A DNA stretch of 64,000 bases from Blepharisma stoltei ATCC 30299. Taxonomy: Eukaryota; Protista; Ciliophora. This document shows, in pieces, positions 1 through 13,282 of this stretch (its first letter is position 1; each line of letters starts with the position of its first letter). Under the pieces are notes generated by a model. That model saw only the letters and a list, made by a program, of their open reading frames with translations. It was not told the DNA's origin and did not search any database. A program made the translations under genes and the position numbers. The DNA is taken from NCBI GenBank assembly GCA_965603825.1, contig CBFDEM010000027.1, forward strand, positions 558,001-622,000, read 5' to 3'.

Positions 1-623
1 ATTTGTTAAAAGAGCAGGACAATAAAATTGAAAGGGCTATCTCAGGACTTATTTCTGAAAACCGGCAAAAAGAAAAATCAGCTGAAGCAGTTATTAACTC
101 ACAAATTGAAAATTTAAGCAGGGATATACTTGAATTAAAAGAAAGAGACAGGTGGTATTTGACTTATCATCATTCCTATGGAGATAAAGAAATCAAAGCG
201 TTTCGGCACATTCCAAGTCTTCTAAATTCTCCTTGGTATTCCAAGCTTTATATGGTTTTAATAGGCCAAGAGACAGGATATGAAGTATCAGTAAAAATCA
301 TGGATGGTTTTGATGATGAAATTTTTGAAAAATTGTGAGAAAAATTTTCGAAATTTTTGAATAAATATTTGTCACATAATAAAGAAGAATTTATACTGGA
401 AAATGCTGCTCATTATTGGCATAGCTTCATATCTCTACAAGAAGCCTTTTTCAAGCTGAAAATGGCTTTTGAGATCAGCGAGATCTTGACAACAGATACT
501 TCTTTAATAATCAAAGGAACTGCAGGAGATCAGAAATGGGAAACTGGGTTTTCTTTTATCAGCATTGACAAAGATTGGGATCTTTTTAAATCCTCCCTGC
601 GAAATTTAGGCCTTGAAATATAA
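1..623 (+). CDS. 3' part of an uncharacterised protein (5' end outside window; one in-frame TGA=Trp at 336-338)
   Basis: ORFs 3..338 and 357..623 are in the same frame, separated only by TGA; ends at TAA. Confidence 0.7.
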
Positions 624-677
624 AGATGTGTATAAATCTTTAGAAATAATGAAATAATAGTCCTTTATTAAATATAT

Positions 678-1379
678 CTAACACTTCTGCTTCTTAGATG
701 GCTTTGCTTCGTCATTATTGCATGCCCCATTAATTAAGCTGCATAATCCTTACTTAAATATTTTGTCAAAAGAGTCTTTGTCAAGAGCATTCATCTTAAT
801 TTGGATTCTTTCAGTGTCCAGCTCCTCTATTGCAGGCTTGCATTGGCTTTCAACAATTTTCACTATTTCTGCAAGCAGCTCAACAGGCGCTCTTCTGATT
901 TTTTCTGCAAGCTCGATTTTGCTTTCAAAGCTTAGTGCTTCATTGTTTGTCAAAGGCATGCTGAAAATGTCTTCTCTTGGTCTTTTGACCGCTTTTTCTA
1001 CAAATAAACTATGCTTATCAATGTATTTCTTCATATATACCTCCATCATTTCAGCATGCTGATAGATAGGCTAAATAAGGATTACAGAGCCAGTTTGATT
1101 ATAAGTTTTACAGTTTTCCCAGATGAGGCTGAGGTCTTTGAGAAATTCTTTGGAGTTAGAATATTTTGAGGACTTGAGCTTTTTCTTTACAGTTGATAAG
1201 TCCATAGGATTGCTTATAATGAGTGGATAGTCGATAAGGCCTAATGCTTTATAATCAACTGGTTTTGAAAATAAATTGGACTCTGGACGCTTTTCTAGAT
1301 GCTTTATCAATTCTTGAGCCTTTTTAATCTCATCTTTTGATAGAGCAGACTTCTTAATTGACTCTGGCTTCTGATCCAT
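678..1379 (-). CDS. Bromodomain + ET (extra-terminal) domain protein, BET/GTE-like; two 15-nt introns (1071-1085, 739-753)
   Basis: Bromodomain motifs FSKPVD..DYPLII..PMDLSTV..NCKTYN; second exon resembles ET domain; removing GTAATCCTTATTTAG and GTAAGGATTATGCAG restores a continuous frame ending KKQKC-TAG. Confidence 0.85.
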
Positions 1380-1536
1380 AAGTTGAGATTATTAATAATT
1401 GAATTTCAATAAATTTTCAAATGAATTTCACTTAAAAAATAAATTATTTAAATTTATAAAAAAGCTCTGATTTATATAAATTTCAATTGTTTTTGTGGCA
1501 GAGATAATCATAGAGTGATAAAATATTACTTATGTG

Positions 1537-3339
1537 TTAAGCATTAGACTTTCTAGCTCTTTTTCTGGATTCTTGATCTAAAATTTTCTTTCTCAGCCTG
1601 ATTGACTTTGGTGTAATTTCTACTAGTTCATCTTCATTAATATAAGCAAAAGCTTCTTCTACTGTAAAGGTTTTAACTGGACTCAGCTTAATATTTTCAT
1701 CTCTCATAGCAGACCTTACATTAGTCAGCCTTTTTTCCTTATTTGGATTTAATACAATTTCATCCTCAACAGTAGTTTCTCCAATGATCATTCCTTCATA
1801 CACTTTTTGCCCAGGGGTAATAAAAGCTTGGCCTTTTTCTTCTAAGTGGTTGATTCCGTACTCAGTGCAATTTCCTTTGTGGGTTGCCACTACCACTCCT
1901 TGTTGTCTTCTTCTGAGTGCTCCTTTGTAAGGTGAATATGTTTTAACATGGGACTCAATGGTCATATTTCCTTTGGTTATACTGAGAAGTTTTGGCTTAA
2001 ACCCCATCATTGCTCTTGTAGGGATATGGAAGATTACTCTAGAATGGGTCGCAGAAATATCTTTTTGATCAATGAATGTGGCTAGTCTATTTAAGAAAGC
2101 TTCAGTTAAAGGCAGTGCAAACTCTTGTGGAGACTCAATGACAACTTCTTCAATTGGCTCGACAACTGTGCCATCTTCCAGAATTTTGGTCAAAATAATA
2201 GGAGGCTCAATAGTCATTTCAAAGTCTTCACGTCTCAGATTTTCAACTAAAATTCCTAAATGCAACTCTCCTCTTCCAGAGACTTCAACACAATTGTTTC
2301 CTTCTCTTACCACCAAAGCTAAATCATTTTCAGCTTCTTCATAAAGTCTTTTCTTTATAGCACCTATAGTATTCTTTGTTCCTTCTTGTGAATTATAAGG
2401 TGAGTCATTAGCCCTGATTCTCAAAGTCATTGTTGGCTCATCAATAGGTATTGCATTCAATTTTTCTGTATTTTCTACATGAGAAACAGTATCATTTACT
2501 TGCCCATTGACGCCTGACACCAATATAATATCCCCTGCAATTCCTTTATTGACATCAATTCTTTCACTTCCCAATGTTTTTTGGATTTTTGTGATTTTGC
2601 CTGTTTCTTTAACCCCTTGGCTTCCAATCAGATGAATATCGTCACCAAGCTTTACTTCTCCTTGATTGACCTTTCCAATCATATATTTTCCGAAATGAGG
2701 ATTAGTCTCAGTCATTGTGATAAGCATTCTAAAAGGTCCAGTCTCTTTTTCTTTTGGAGGGTCAACTTCATTAATTATAGTTTCCAGTAGAGGGTCACAA
2801 TTTTCCCTTGGCCCTTTGAGTTCTCTATCAACCCAACCACTTCTCCCTGAGGCATAGAGCAGAGGATAACTCAATTGATGCTCACTGACATTGAGACTGC
2901 AAAATAAATCAAAAATCCTGCTTTCGACTTCGCCTGGCTTTGCTGTAGGACGATCAAGTTTATTCATGACAACTATTGGCTTGAGGCCTGCAGCAATAGC
3001 TTTACTAAGAACGTAGCGAGTTTGAGGCATTGGACCTTCAGTGGCACAGACAACTAGAAGGCATCCATCCACTATGCTCATCACACGCTCCACCTGGCCT
3101 CCAAAATCTGCATGCCCTGGTGTGTCGACAAAGTTGATTAGGTAGTCTTTATATGGAATCCCAGTCACTTTAGAGAGGATTGTAATCCCTCTCTCCTGCT
3201 CAAGATCTAAGCTGTCCATTGATTTCGTGTAGTTTCCTCTCTGAGTAAGGATTGAGTTTACGAGAGTTGTTTTTCCATGATCAACGTGAGCAATTACAGC
3301 GATGTTACGGAGAAATTTCTGGCGGAGGTTGCTAAGCAT
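1537..3339 (-). CDS. typA: TypA/BipA-family translational GTPase, probably mitochondrial
   Basis: [43 protein letters not shown], and BipA-specific C-terminus [23 protein letters not shown]; short basic N-terminal extension. Confidence 0.92.
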   Translation of the reverse strand: MLSNLRQKFLRNIAVIAHVDHGKTTLVNSILTQRGNYTKSMDSLDLEQERGITILSKVTGIPYKDYLINFVDTPGHADFGGQVERVMSIVDGCLLVVCATEGPMPQTRYVLSKAIAAGLKPIVVMNKLDRPTAKPGEVESRIFDLFCSLNVSEHQLSYPLLYASGRSGWVDRELKGPRENCDPLLETIINEVDPPKEKETGPFRMLITMTETNPHFGKYMIGKVNQGEVKLGDDIHLIGSQGVKETGKITKIQKTLGSERIDVNKGIAGDIILVSGVNGQVNDTVSHVENTEKLNAIPIDEPTMTLRIRANDSPYNSQEGTKNTIGAIKKRLYEEAENDLALVVREGNNCVEVSGRGELHLGILVENLRREDFEMTIEPPIILTKILEDGTVVEPIEEVVIESPQEFALPLTEAFLNRLATFIDQKDISATHSRVIFHIPTRAMMGFKPKLLSITKGNMTIESHVKTYSPYKGALRRRQQGVVVATHKGNCTEYGINHLEEKGQAFITPGQKVYEGMIIGETTVEDEIVLNPNKEKRLTNVRSAMRDENIKLSPVKTFTVEEAFAYINEDELVEITPKSIRLRKKILDQESRKRARKSNA

Positions 3340-3820
3340 CGTGGATTGATAAAATATGAATTTTGATAAATATGGCCTTTAATTATAATAATAAAATATC
3401 TAAGAAACAATTATTCGGAATATTTATTTTCACATCCAAATTAATAAAAAATTGGTTAAGTATGTACTGATAATAAAAATAAATGCATTAAACTGATTCT
3501 TTTTATTTTTTGGAAAATAATTTAGCTAAGTCTTAATAATAATTTTCAAAGAAATTATAAGTATTAGTTAAATATGCTTAGATAATTAAGAATAGCATAT
3601 TCGTTGATCCTAACTAAAATTAAGCTGCATGGGATATCCTTTTTAATTAGATTGCAATATTCACTAATCAGCATGCAAATATTTTCAAATTTTAAGTAAT
3701 AAAAGTACTTGAACTTAATTATAAGTTAAATTTTTATTAAAATTGTGTATAATTCTGTATGTTAATTAATATTTCTTGGCAATCTATATATTATACTCTA
3801 AATTTCATTGAACATTCAGA

Positions 3821-4705
3821 TTACTTCTTTTGTGAATACAGATTTGATCCACTTGCATTCCTTACTAGCTTTTGAGGATCTTTAATTTTCATTTCTTTGT
3901 ATTCCTGAGCCGAAGATCTCACATTCATATTTGCAGGCGTAGAATTGCCATTTTGCATCATTTTTCAGCTTCCAGCAAAACTTGATCTCACAGAATTATC
4001 AAATGTGCTTGAAAAATTCCTTGGAGAACTGTCCTTCACAATTGGCCTATCAATTTTGTCGGCTTTACTTGCAATTAGCTGCTGAGGCAAAGACCCTCTT
4101 GGAAAACTTAATTTCCTTGAAAATGAAGACTCTTCTGCTGGAGAATTGTCCTTTAAAGATATTGGCGATTGTGGAAAATCCTTATCTTTTTTTAAGCTAG
4201 AAAATTGAGGTTGTGAAGAATATGAGTTAGGTGTAGGTGATATAGATTTTAAAGGGAGGGATCCTCGACGGAATTCTAATTGCTTGGAAAATGACGGCTC
4301 ATCTTCTGATATACCGGCTCGAAAAGAAAAAGATAACCCTTGCTCGTTAATAAATTTAGAAAATTGCTGCTGAGGGGATGGTGCTAGAGTTGATTGCATA
4401 GGTAATGATCCTCGACGCAAAATTGATTGATTTGAAAATGGAGACTCATCTCCTAATGCATTGCTTCTAAATGATATTGGATTATGCGAATAAGCTCTTT
4501 CCTTATTAAAAGTTGCAATTTGCGAAGGAGGACATAGTGTATTGGCTGTAACAATAGGAAATTGATAAGATGATTCTGGGAATGGAATCTTCAGAATCTG
4601 CTGTGACGTCGTTTTGTGAATTTTGGTTGGGCTGATTATTTTATTAATTGGCTGCTCGCTTCCAGAAAATACAACGTTCGTTGGCTGATTGTACCTTTTA
4701 TCCAT
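3821..4705 (-). CDS. Low-complexity Ser/Pro-rich protein with three RRGSLP-type repeats (TGA=Trp at 3965-3967)
   Basis: ORF 3965..4705 continues through TGA to TAA at 3821-3823. Confidence 0.65.
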
Positions 4706-4937
4706 TTTTCTTTTTCAGATCAAAAATCTCAAAAAGAAACTATATTTACAGAAAATCATAGTTATTTTTCCTAAATTAAAGCCAACTCTTTTTAATCATA
4801 CAGCCTACCAATAATCTAAGCTATCTGAATAATGTTTATTTAAACTAACATGATATCACTTTTAGGTCTTATTATGCTTTCTAGGAAATAACTAAGTCAC
4901 TTTTAAAATAATAATTGAATAAATTTTGGCTATAAAA

Positions 4938-5243
4938 ATGTTCAGCAGGGCTATTAAAACCAAATTCAATGAGCGCAAGTACATGATGCAGAGTATTGTT
5001 AGGAACAGGCGCATCGAAGACGAGGATCTTCAGCCAGCTGCAAAGAGATTCGGGCTAATAATGGGACTTTGCCTCACATTCAGTTTGATTAAACTCAAGA
5101 GAAAGGATCCTAGCCACAAGACCAACTATACCAGATGGAGCAAAGGTCTGTATACACTTCCTAACTTGCCTTGGTATAAGAAATTGGAAGAAGGCTCTGT
5201 GCCAATGAAGAAACAACCAACTGCTCTTTATCCAGACGTATAA
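4938..5243 (+). CDS. Small single-TM basic protein, possibly mitochondrial
   Basis: AAAATG start, basic N-terminus, one hydrophobic stretch (FGLIMGLCLTFSLI). Confidence 0.6.
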   Translation: MFSRAIKTKFNERKYMMQSIVRNRRIEDEDLQPAAKRFGLIMGLCLTFSLIKLKRKDPSHKTNYTRWSKGLYTLPNLPWYKKLEEGSVPMKKQPTALYPDV

Positions 5244-5314
5244 CCAGAAATGGATAACTAAAAGAGTTCATAGCAAACTAATCTTGTAAATAAATTCCAA
5301 ATAAATACTTCTTC

Positions 5315-5854
5315 ATGGAAGGGAACACAAAAGATTATTATGGAACGCTTCAAGTTCCCAAAGAAGCCACCTTACAAGAAATAAAAACTGCCTACCGCCG
5401 GCTTGCGCTTGCTTTTCACCCTGACAAAAACCCTGACCCTTCCTCGAAGCAGAAATTCCAAAGCATCACTGAAGCATACTCAGTGCTGAGTGACCCAGAA
5501 AAAAGAGAAATGTATGACACCTATGGGACTGCAGAAATGGACGAACTTGACATGAGTGACTTAGAAGACTTGCTAGGCAGCGATTTTATTGTAGATTTAG
5601 GCTTTATTGATATGATGGATTTTCTAGGACCATTGATGGGATTTAAGAAAGGAAGCGAAAGCGGAGAAAGCATGGACGAAGAAGAACTGAGAAATTTCCA
5701 AGAATTTGTCAATAATAATACAATAAAAATTGGGGATGAATACAAATGTGGAATTTGCTCAAGAAAATTCAAAACAAAAGAAGCCACAACGAAGCATATT
5801 GGGAATAAGCATGATGAAGTATTTTATGGGGAGGAAGATGAGGAAGGTGAATAA
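5315..5854 (+). CDS. DnaJ (J-domain) protein with C-terminal C2H2 zinc finger
   Basis: DYY..L..EIKTAYRRLAL..HPDKN..AYSVLSD..YD; CGIC-x12-H-x4-H near C-terminus. Confidence 0.9.
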   Translation: MEGNTKDYYGTLQVPKEATLQEIKTAYRRLALAFHPDKNPDPSSKQKFQSITEAYSVLSDPEKREMYDTYGTAEMDELDMSDLEDLLGSDFIVDLGFIDMMDFLGPLMGFKKGSESGESMDEEELRNFQEFVNNNTIKIGDEYKCGICSRKFKTKEATTKHIGNKHDEVFYGEEDEEGE

Positions 5855-5863
5855 TGTATTAAA

Positions 5864-7330
5864 TTAAGAATCTTCTGCTAAAAATTTTGGGATTTTACGG
5901 AGACGGATTGCACTTTTTGATTCTTTGGAGTCGCTATGAGGGATTGGAGAGATATCGGGGAAAAGTTTGAAGCTTTTTCGTAGCTTTGAAGGGGTAAAAC
6001 TGTGTCTTTGGCTGCTTGGGGTACGTGATTTTGATTTCGGGGAGTATATTGGGACTAGTTTATTGGAATAAATTGAGCCAGACTGCAAAACGGTTTTAGT
6101 TTCTTCATTTGTGTCTATGGTCAGCTGTCGTTGAGAGCCTGCATTTGAAGACAAATGCCGAATAGATTTTGTTTCTATCAAAGAAGGAGCCTCTAAAAGC
6201 ATTCGAGTCGGAGATGGGCTACGAATTTTAGGACTAAAATTCAAAGCTCTTGGATCATGACTATTTCTGACAAGTTCCATTCTTCTGAAATTTGACAGTG
6301 CTTTGCGGTTTGCCCTGGGGTAATCCTTTTCGGTATATTCAAAAGATTTATTAAAATCAGTTTGGCCTTCTGTATATACTGCTTGGGCAATAGTTTTGTC
6401 TATTTCTCCTCGCCTGCTTGCTCATCATTGAAGTTTAGTTTCAACGTTTTTTCTCATTATTTCAAGAACAGCACTCGGAAATTCATGCAATAATGAATTT
6501 CGACTTATTTTTAATGCAATAACTGCAGTCTTCGCTATTACTGATATTTCCATTGGTCGGTCCATTAAAATTGAAGCTTCTCCTGCTCATTCTCCAGGCA
6601 CCAAAATGCCATAATTATAGCTTGACGTTGTAAGTGATATGAACCCTCATTTTTGGTTAATTGCTCCATTTGAACATATAAGTTTGCATTCACCTTCTTT
6701 AATTAACAACGCATTTTCTGAAACTTCTCCTTCTCTTATCAGTACTTCTCCAGGCACAAAATTTATGCTTGAAAATAAGCCGAATAAGCTTAATTTTCCA
6801 GATTCACTGATAAGGTTACCACCCGGTATTGATTTCCCTATAAAATCAATTAACTGCTTTCTTTCGAGAAATGCTTTATATTTTTCTCCGATTTTTGTGA
6901 ACTTCTTTTTAGGCACGTAGATGATCAGTGAGTCAGCCATTGCGCTTGCATTGTAACGATCCCATATCTCTTCTTTAAATGGTGATGTGGAACCAAAAAG
7001 ATCGAGATTGCCTTTTGTTTCTGATTTTTTCCCAGGGCATTCAATCAAGACTTTTCCTGATAATACGATGTAAAAATCAATGGTTTTGTCTTTAATAGTG
7101 AAAATTTGGGAATTTTGAGGAATATCAAGAAGCAGCATAAATTTGCAGAGCTATTTACTGTTTACTTGGGTTTTCAAAGGCTGTGGCAAAGGTTTCAACT
7201 CTTCTATATCTTTAATATAAAACCTGATTTTCTGTTTAAATGCTACATTGATTTGTTCTTTTGATCTGGATCTTGGAATTATGCTTAAGATCTGTTTAAG
7301 GTCTTCAATTGCCCTTGTGTACAACGCCAT
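5864..7330 (-). CDS. Cyclic-nucleotide-binding (cNMP) domain protein; intron 7151-7165 (possible second at 7232-7246); several TGA=Trp
   Basis: FYIVLSGKV and GEVLIREGE..LIKEGEC motifs; ORFs 6647..7138 and 5864..6280 are joined in frame through TGA codons; upstream exon from ATG 7330. Confidence 0.75.
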
Positions 7331-7644
7331 TCTAATTCTTTAGATATATGTTAAAATTTGTGGGTATTGAGTTTTAACTGAGAAATCATTAAAAATGACT
7401 TTTTGCGGTTGGATTAAAGAATAGCTATTATTCTTTTTTACAGCAGGGCTATACAAATAATTAATTAAGCAAAAGAGATAGCACAAGTCAGTCAGAGTTT
7501 ACTTCAATAGGCTGCAAATTTACCTAAAATAATATTTCTCAAATCCATGCTTGCTTAATCCCTTTAGGCATAATCAATTTATATATAAACCAACAATTAT
7601 CAGAGCCATAGAATCATGCCGTTGATTTAACTCATAAATAAAAA

Positions 7645-10608
7645 ATGTTATTAAAATCTCACACCCCACTTCGGCCTTCAAATTTCAGCATTCTTAACAT
7701 AAGCAGATCAAAATACAGATCTCCTTCAAGGCAGTCAAATAGTTCGTCAAAGAGTCCCAGTCATTTACGCAAAAGATTCACTCCAACCGTAAATAAATCG
7801 TTTACCCCATATGAAGAAACTACTCCAATACATTTTCGAAGCCCTTCAGTAGATCGCACTCTAAAAAGTTCTACTATAATAGGAGGTGCGAAAAAGAGAA
7901 GAAATCATTCATTAAAAGCCACAAGCAAGTTGTCAACGCTACTTGAAGAAAAAGAAACTTGTTTAGATAGAGGAAAACAATTAATAAGCCAAGGACATTT
8001 AGAAGAAGCTTTAAAATATATTACAAAAGGAATTTCAAAATTTTCGAGATTTGTGGAAGGGTATATTTTGAGAGGGCAGTTATATTTAGAGCAGCAACTG
8101 TATGATAAAGCATTAAGTGATTTTAGAAAAGCATTTTCTTATAACTCAAAAGAGCCTTTGTCTCTGTTTGGAATTGCAGACTGTCTGCATGCTCTAGGAG
8201 ATGATGAAGCTGCAATTGATTATATTGATCAAGCTATTAATCTGCCTCAATCTTATTTACTTGCTTTATTAAAGAGAGCTAAATTGTGCCAAGAAAAAGA
8301 TCCTGAAAAAGCATTAGAAGATTTCAATACCTATTTGTCATGTAAACCAGAAGAATCTGAAGCATATTTAGGGAAAGCCACAATTTTATTCAACCTAAAG
8401 CAATATTCTGAAGCAGCTTTATGCTTCGAGCAAGCTATAAAATATGATAAAGAAATGAAATGCAGCCCTACTGCTATTTATTATCTTGGAGCAATTAAAA
8501 TAAGAGAAAAAGACTTCTATGGCGCTTTACATGCATTTAATAGATGAAAGGGAGCAAGTGAGATGAAGCAGCAAAAAATTTTAAGATCTTTTGCTGAAGC
8601 TGTGATTTTTATGATGAAAAGAAAGTACAAAGAAGGGATCATTTTATTTACGAAGCTGATTAAAAAAAATTACTCAGTATTGCAAGAGTATCAAGGAAAC
8701 TGCTATACTTATAGAGCATATGGGTATAATGCGTTAAATCAGCATGAAAAAGCTTTAAGTGATCTAAAAAAAGCATCTTCTTATTTCAAGCTTGATAGTG
8801 CGTCACGCTATAACCAGAAATTATCACAGGGGTTATATCATTATACTAAGAAAAATTATGCATCATCAATAAGCTACTTTCAAAAAGCCCATTCAATTTT
8901 TCCTAAAAATCCTGAACCTGAAATTTTCCATTCAGCTGTTCTTCTCAAAATTGCATTTGATTCACAGCCATTTGATAAAGAACTCCTAGAAGAAGCTGAA
9001 GACCTTGTCAATAAAGCTGCCAAAAAGCGAGAAATTGAAAGTGAAACTTATTTTTTCAGGGCTGTTCTTCGGTATCTAAACAATAAACCTAAGGACGCAT
9101 TAGACGACGTGAAATTAGCAATTGAAAAAGCCGAAGACAACCAGTACGAGCATTATGTGCTTAAAGGGCTCTGTCATGCAACTTTGCATCTGTTTCAGGA
9201 CGCAGCTCAAGATTTCAGCATAGCTCATCAGCTTAATGAAAGTTTATTATACATCCTCTCTTATAGAGGAAGATGCGAATATCTTACAGACGACACCAGC
9301 TCAGCATTTTCTGATTTTCAAAAACTAGTGATGAATGATCCAACTAACATATCATTTCACATGCAAAAAGCAGATTTATTTATGCTTACTGGAGCTTATG
9401 ATGACGCTATTAAAACACTAGATGATATACTTGACATTGAAAATGATTTTGATGCGATTTATCAAAAATTAAAATGCTTTATTCTTATGAATAGAATAGA
9501 AGAAAGCTTTATTGAAATCAAAAAAGTGCTGCAAATGAAGCCAAATCATAAAACTGCTCAATTTGATATGGAGTGCCTGAAATATTTAAGAAAAATGATT
9601 AAGGCCGAAAAAAAATCTGAAGATTGGAAAGAAATGACAAGAGTTTGCCAAAATTGGATAGATATGGGCAAAGGAGAAATATTTGATAAAAAATATATTT
9701 TGTGGATTAAAGGGGTCACACTGATGTATACAGGAGAGTTTGATGAGAGTTTGTATGAATTCCAGAAAGTGTTGGAAATTATTCATGCAAAAGATGTGAG
9801 CTTGTTGAATTCGGATGAAGCACTAATAGCAGAAGAAGAAAATTGTGAAATTTTGTTTAACATAGCTTTGTGCCATTTAGACAGAAGTATGTCTCATTCC
9901 TTACAAATCTTTCAAGATCTAGCCAAAATTCTGAATAGTAAGCACAAAGGGCAGATGCTATTTCTATGTGCATTGATTGAAATTTCCTTAGAAAATTCAG
10001 ACTCTGCAGAGTCCCTTCTAAAAGAAGCTTTTCGATGTGATCCAGATTCCATAAAACCTTTTTTGAATAACGAGCCCACTCACATAATGCCATTGAATAC
10101 AAACAACGACTTCGCATCTAACTTCCCATTCATGGACCTCCCTTTCAACTGTAGTCCTAAAGTCCAAATTCGGCCAGCAATTTCTCTACCTCGAGTTGAC
10201 CTCCCTTCTTTAAATTTTGATATACCAGAAGAAAGAGTCCGAGAGTTTTTCACTATTTCCAAAGTTACCCCAAAGCCTGAAGCCCCATGACTAAATAGAG
10301 TTAGAGGCTCAATTCAGTTTACTGAACTAATTGTAGATATAGACACTGAGCCTACAGAAATTTCTGACGAAGATACAAAGCCAACACTTCAAAAATCTTC
10401 AGTATCAGAAGACAGCGAAATTAAAAGACAAGTAAAATCTGCAGCTCCACTTAGGCATTTTTCTTCTTCATGAATAATAGCAGATGAGAGTATTACTAAG
10501 CTTGGTGAATCTATCAAAAATGCTGAGGAAAATCGGCATGCTCCAGAAATATCTAATGCTCCAGAAGATGTCTTGCAAAAGATCAAGCAAATATGTAAAC
10601 CTGTATAA
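7645..10608 (+). CDS. Large tetratricopeptide-repeat (TPR) protein (~987 aa)
   Basis: Many TPR consensus repeats; ORFs 7645..8547 and 8563..10290 and the tail are one frame with TGA read-through, ending TAA at 10606-10608. Confidence 0.88.
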
Positions 10609-10660
10609 ATTTTAATTTTACTTAATTAAATAAGTAGAAATAAGAATTTTTCTTTAAATT

Positions 10661-10696
10661 TTTATTCTAAATAAGAATATTCTTATTTAGAATAAA
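10661..10696. repeat. Perfect 36-bp palindrome TTTATTCTAAATAAGAATATTCTTATTTAGAATAAA
   Basis: Sequence equals its own reverse complement; lies between convergent TPR and Rab genes. Confidence 0.9.
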
Positions 10697-10813
10697 CTCA
10701 TAGCAGACTTTGCTATACCAAAGAATCGCAGAGTTCCAAAAGACACATATTTATTTATCTCACACATTACTAAAATTGAAGTTCTTGAATATGTGCTTAT
10801 TCTAAGGATTCTA

Positions 10814-11431
10814 TTAGCAGCATCCTTTTTTTGTTTTTACAGCAGGTTTTGCTTCCAATTTTTTAGTCGCGCTGACTATTTTCGACTCAACTCCACCTTC
10901 TTTTATTGGGCACTTATTCATCATTTCGGTTACAAGCATCATTAACGCCTTTTCTGTATTGGCACCTGTCTTTGCGGATGTGAAAATCCCAGCCAAAAAA
11001 TTGCGAGATCCCGCGAACTCATTGAGCTCTTCTTGTGTCATGCAAGAGTGGGGATTCGTAAGATCATACTTATTTGCGCACAAAATCATAGGTATGTGGG
11101 ATCCATCAACCAATCTGGAATTTTCGTCTATATTCGCCTTTCAGCTGGTCGCTTTATCTAAAGTTTCTCTCCTAGTGATATCTGTGATTACTAAAGCCCC
11201 ATTCGCATCTCGGCAGTAAAGACGTGAAATTCCTCCAAGCCTATCTTGTCCAGCAAGATCCCACAATTGAATTCGTACATTTTCACCATTAATGTCTATC
11301 ACTTTTAAGCCAAATTCGCACCCAATAGTCGCTTTATATTTTTCTGTGAAGGTGTTGTAAACAATCCTATTAACTAAAGAGGTTTTCCCCACCCCGACAT
11401 CGCCTATGACAAGTATTTTGTAAAAACTCAT
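10814..11431 (-). CDS. Rab GTPase, Rab32/38/29-like
   Basis: GDVGVGKTS, ATIG, WDLAGQD, NKYD, TSAK, C-terminal GCC prenylation site; TGA at 11141-11143 supplies the conserved Trp (ATS-W-K). Confidence 0.9.
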
Positions 11432-11487
11432 TAATTACAACAATTTTATTTTAATTGGATTATATCATAAATTTAAACAAAATTTTA

Positions 11488-12504
11488 TTAGGAGTCTGTT
11501 GATATTCCAATGTTAATCACGTGAGCTTTTGGGGTCATCTCACTTTTGTGATAAAAACCTGTAGAATTTCGAGGGCGATAGGTAGGAGAAATATCGCGAA
11601 CTTCTTCTTCGAGAAAAATTAGGCTTGCTTTGGGAAGCTTGGAGGGAGGGCTTGCGCTTGCGAATTTATAAAATTCAGTTCTTGTGATTGACTTTAAGGC
11701 TCGAGGTGATGAGTGGGCTGCAATAGGGGTCTGGAGGGTGTGCCTTGGGCGAGGAGTATTAAAAGAAGTAGATTCTTCTTGTGTTGATGAGATATAGCAT
11801 ACTTTGGGCGACTGAGATTGCCGAGCTCTGATAGCAACTGAGTCTCGTTTTGGGAAATATTTGTGAGGAATATGCTGTCCTATCAAACCGAGGTCAGCTA
11901 AAGTAACTTTTTCAGAAATCAATCTTTTGTGATTCTGCTGAAGCTTTACTGGCTTAGGTAGCAAATCTTTAAATAATTCATGCTCAATTTTTTCTAAATT
12001 ATTTTCAAACATCTCAGAATCGTCAACTAATTTTGCGTTATTTTTATCATTCTCAAGATGATTTCTTGCAGAGTCATCATTGTTTGCCTCTTTGTTTATA
12101 GATAGTTCAGGACTAGGGCTCACTTTATTAATGAAATCAATAGGTGGTAAATATGTTACAGCATTGTTTTCTAAGAAATGATTAAGTGTCGCCTCAATAA
12201 AATCTTCTTTAGGCTCTTCGATACTTATTGACTTTGGTAATGGGGTTACTATTGTTTCTGCAGAGAAGCGTGAGTTTTTGAGATTGAGATTTTTAGTTAT
12301 TTTAACAGGTTCAACTTTTATTGAAGGATTTTCGACTTGGCTAATAAATTTGGGATCATCAAAATATATCTTTTTCCTCAGATCTCTGATTTTTGAAACT
12401 GGGGTACTAACTTTATGAGTAATGCTCATCCTCTTTCAAGCTAACCAATTTGGTTTGGGCTCTTTATTTCCTTTTATACTTGGGTAAAACTGGACAGCTT
12501 TCAT
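11488..12504 (-). CDS. Uncharacterised low-complexity protein
   Basis: ORF 11488..12429 extends upstream through one TGA to ATG at 12504. Confidence 0.65.
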
Positions 12505-12840
12505 CAATCTATTTTATTTATTGTTAACATGCAATTATTTATTTACTTGCTAAAAAGCTTTTAAATATAATGATCTTTAGCTCAATCATTTAATGTGTTT
12601 TTTATAGACGATATATAAGATATTTTACTATTTTCTTTAGATCTATTCCCTTAAGCTTTTTAACATGATTTGATATTGTAATATATCTCACATTTATCGT
12701 CTTTAAACTTAGTAAAAATTCCTCAATCTATCTTCAATGCAATTAACTATTTAATATTTATGGGGGATTAATTATAAAAATATGAAGTTTTGTTGATGTA
12801 ATATCAGTTAGTATTTCAATTATATCTGTTATTTATATTT

Positions 12841-13194
12841 TTAAAAACTACCAAGTGTAGGCTCCGTTAAATATTTGATATACAATATTTTGTCTTTTTC
12901 TTGGCACTCTTCATATAAGTTTAAAATTTTCGTGTCTAATTTAGCAAGCTGTTTTCCGTTTATTAAGAGGAAAATCGCATGAGTTTTAGGTAGTTGCAGT
13001 CTTCTTCTCAAATGAAATAAAAGCTCATGAACTGTGAAATAATCAGGTACAAGGAACTTATTCTGATCAAGGAAAAAGGGTAACTCACCTTCAGGCTCTA
13101 CGATAATTGGGATTTTGTTTGGAGGGAAAACTGATACTGACACAGATTCTGTATCAGTTTTCTGCTTCTGATTTTCATCAAAATACGTTGTCAT
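12841..13194 (-). CDS. ATG8: Atg8/LC3-family ubiquitin-like autophagy protein (divergent)
   Basis: P-x-KIPIIVE, KFLVP, LRRRLQL..AIFLLIN, LYE..DKILYIKY, and C-terminal TLG|SF with the conjugating Gly. Confidence 0.85.
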   Translation of the reverse strand: MTTYFDENQKQKTDTESVSVSVFPPNKIPIIVEPEGELPFFLDQNKFLVPDYFTVHELLFHLRRRLQLPKTHAIFLLINGKQLAKLDTKILNLYEECQEKDKILYIKYLTEPTLGSF

Positions 13195-13282
13195 ATTTAT
13201 ATAATTATTACTCCTGGTGAAATTCAAAATTTCCAATTCTATAATAATCTTAATATAAAATATATAAATTATTACAAGAAAT

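Noticed and set aside
1537-3339. Bacterial contamination or prokaryotic origin of the window
   Set aside because: Neighbours are intron-containing eukaryotic genes with matching composition; no operon or Shine-Dalgarno structure.
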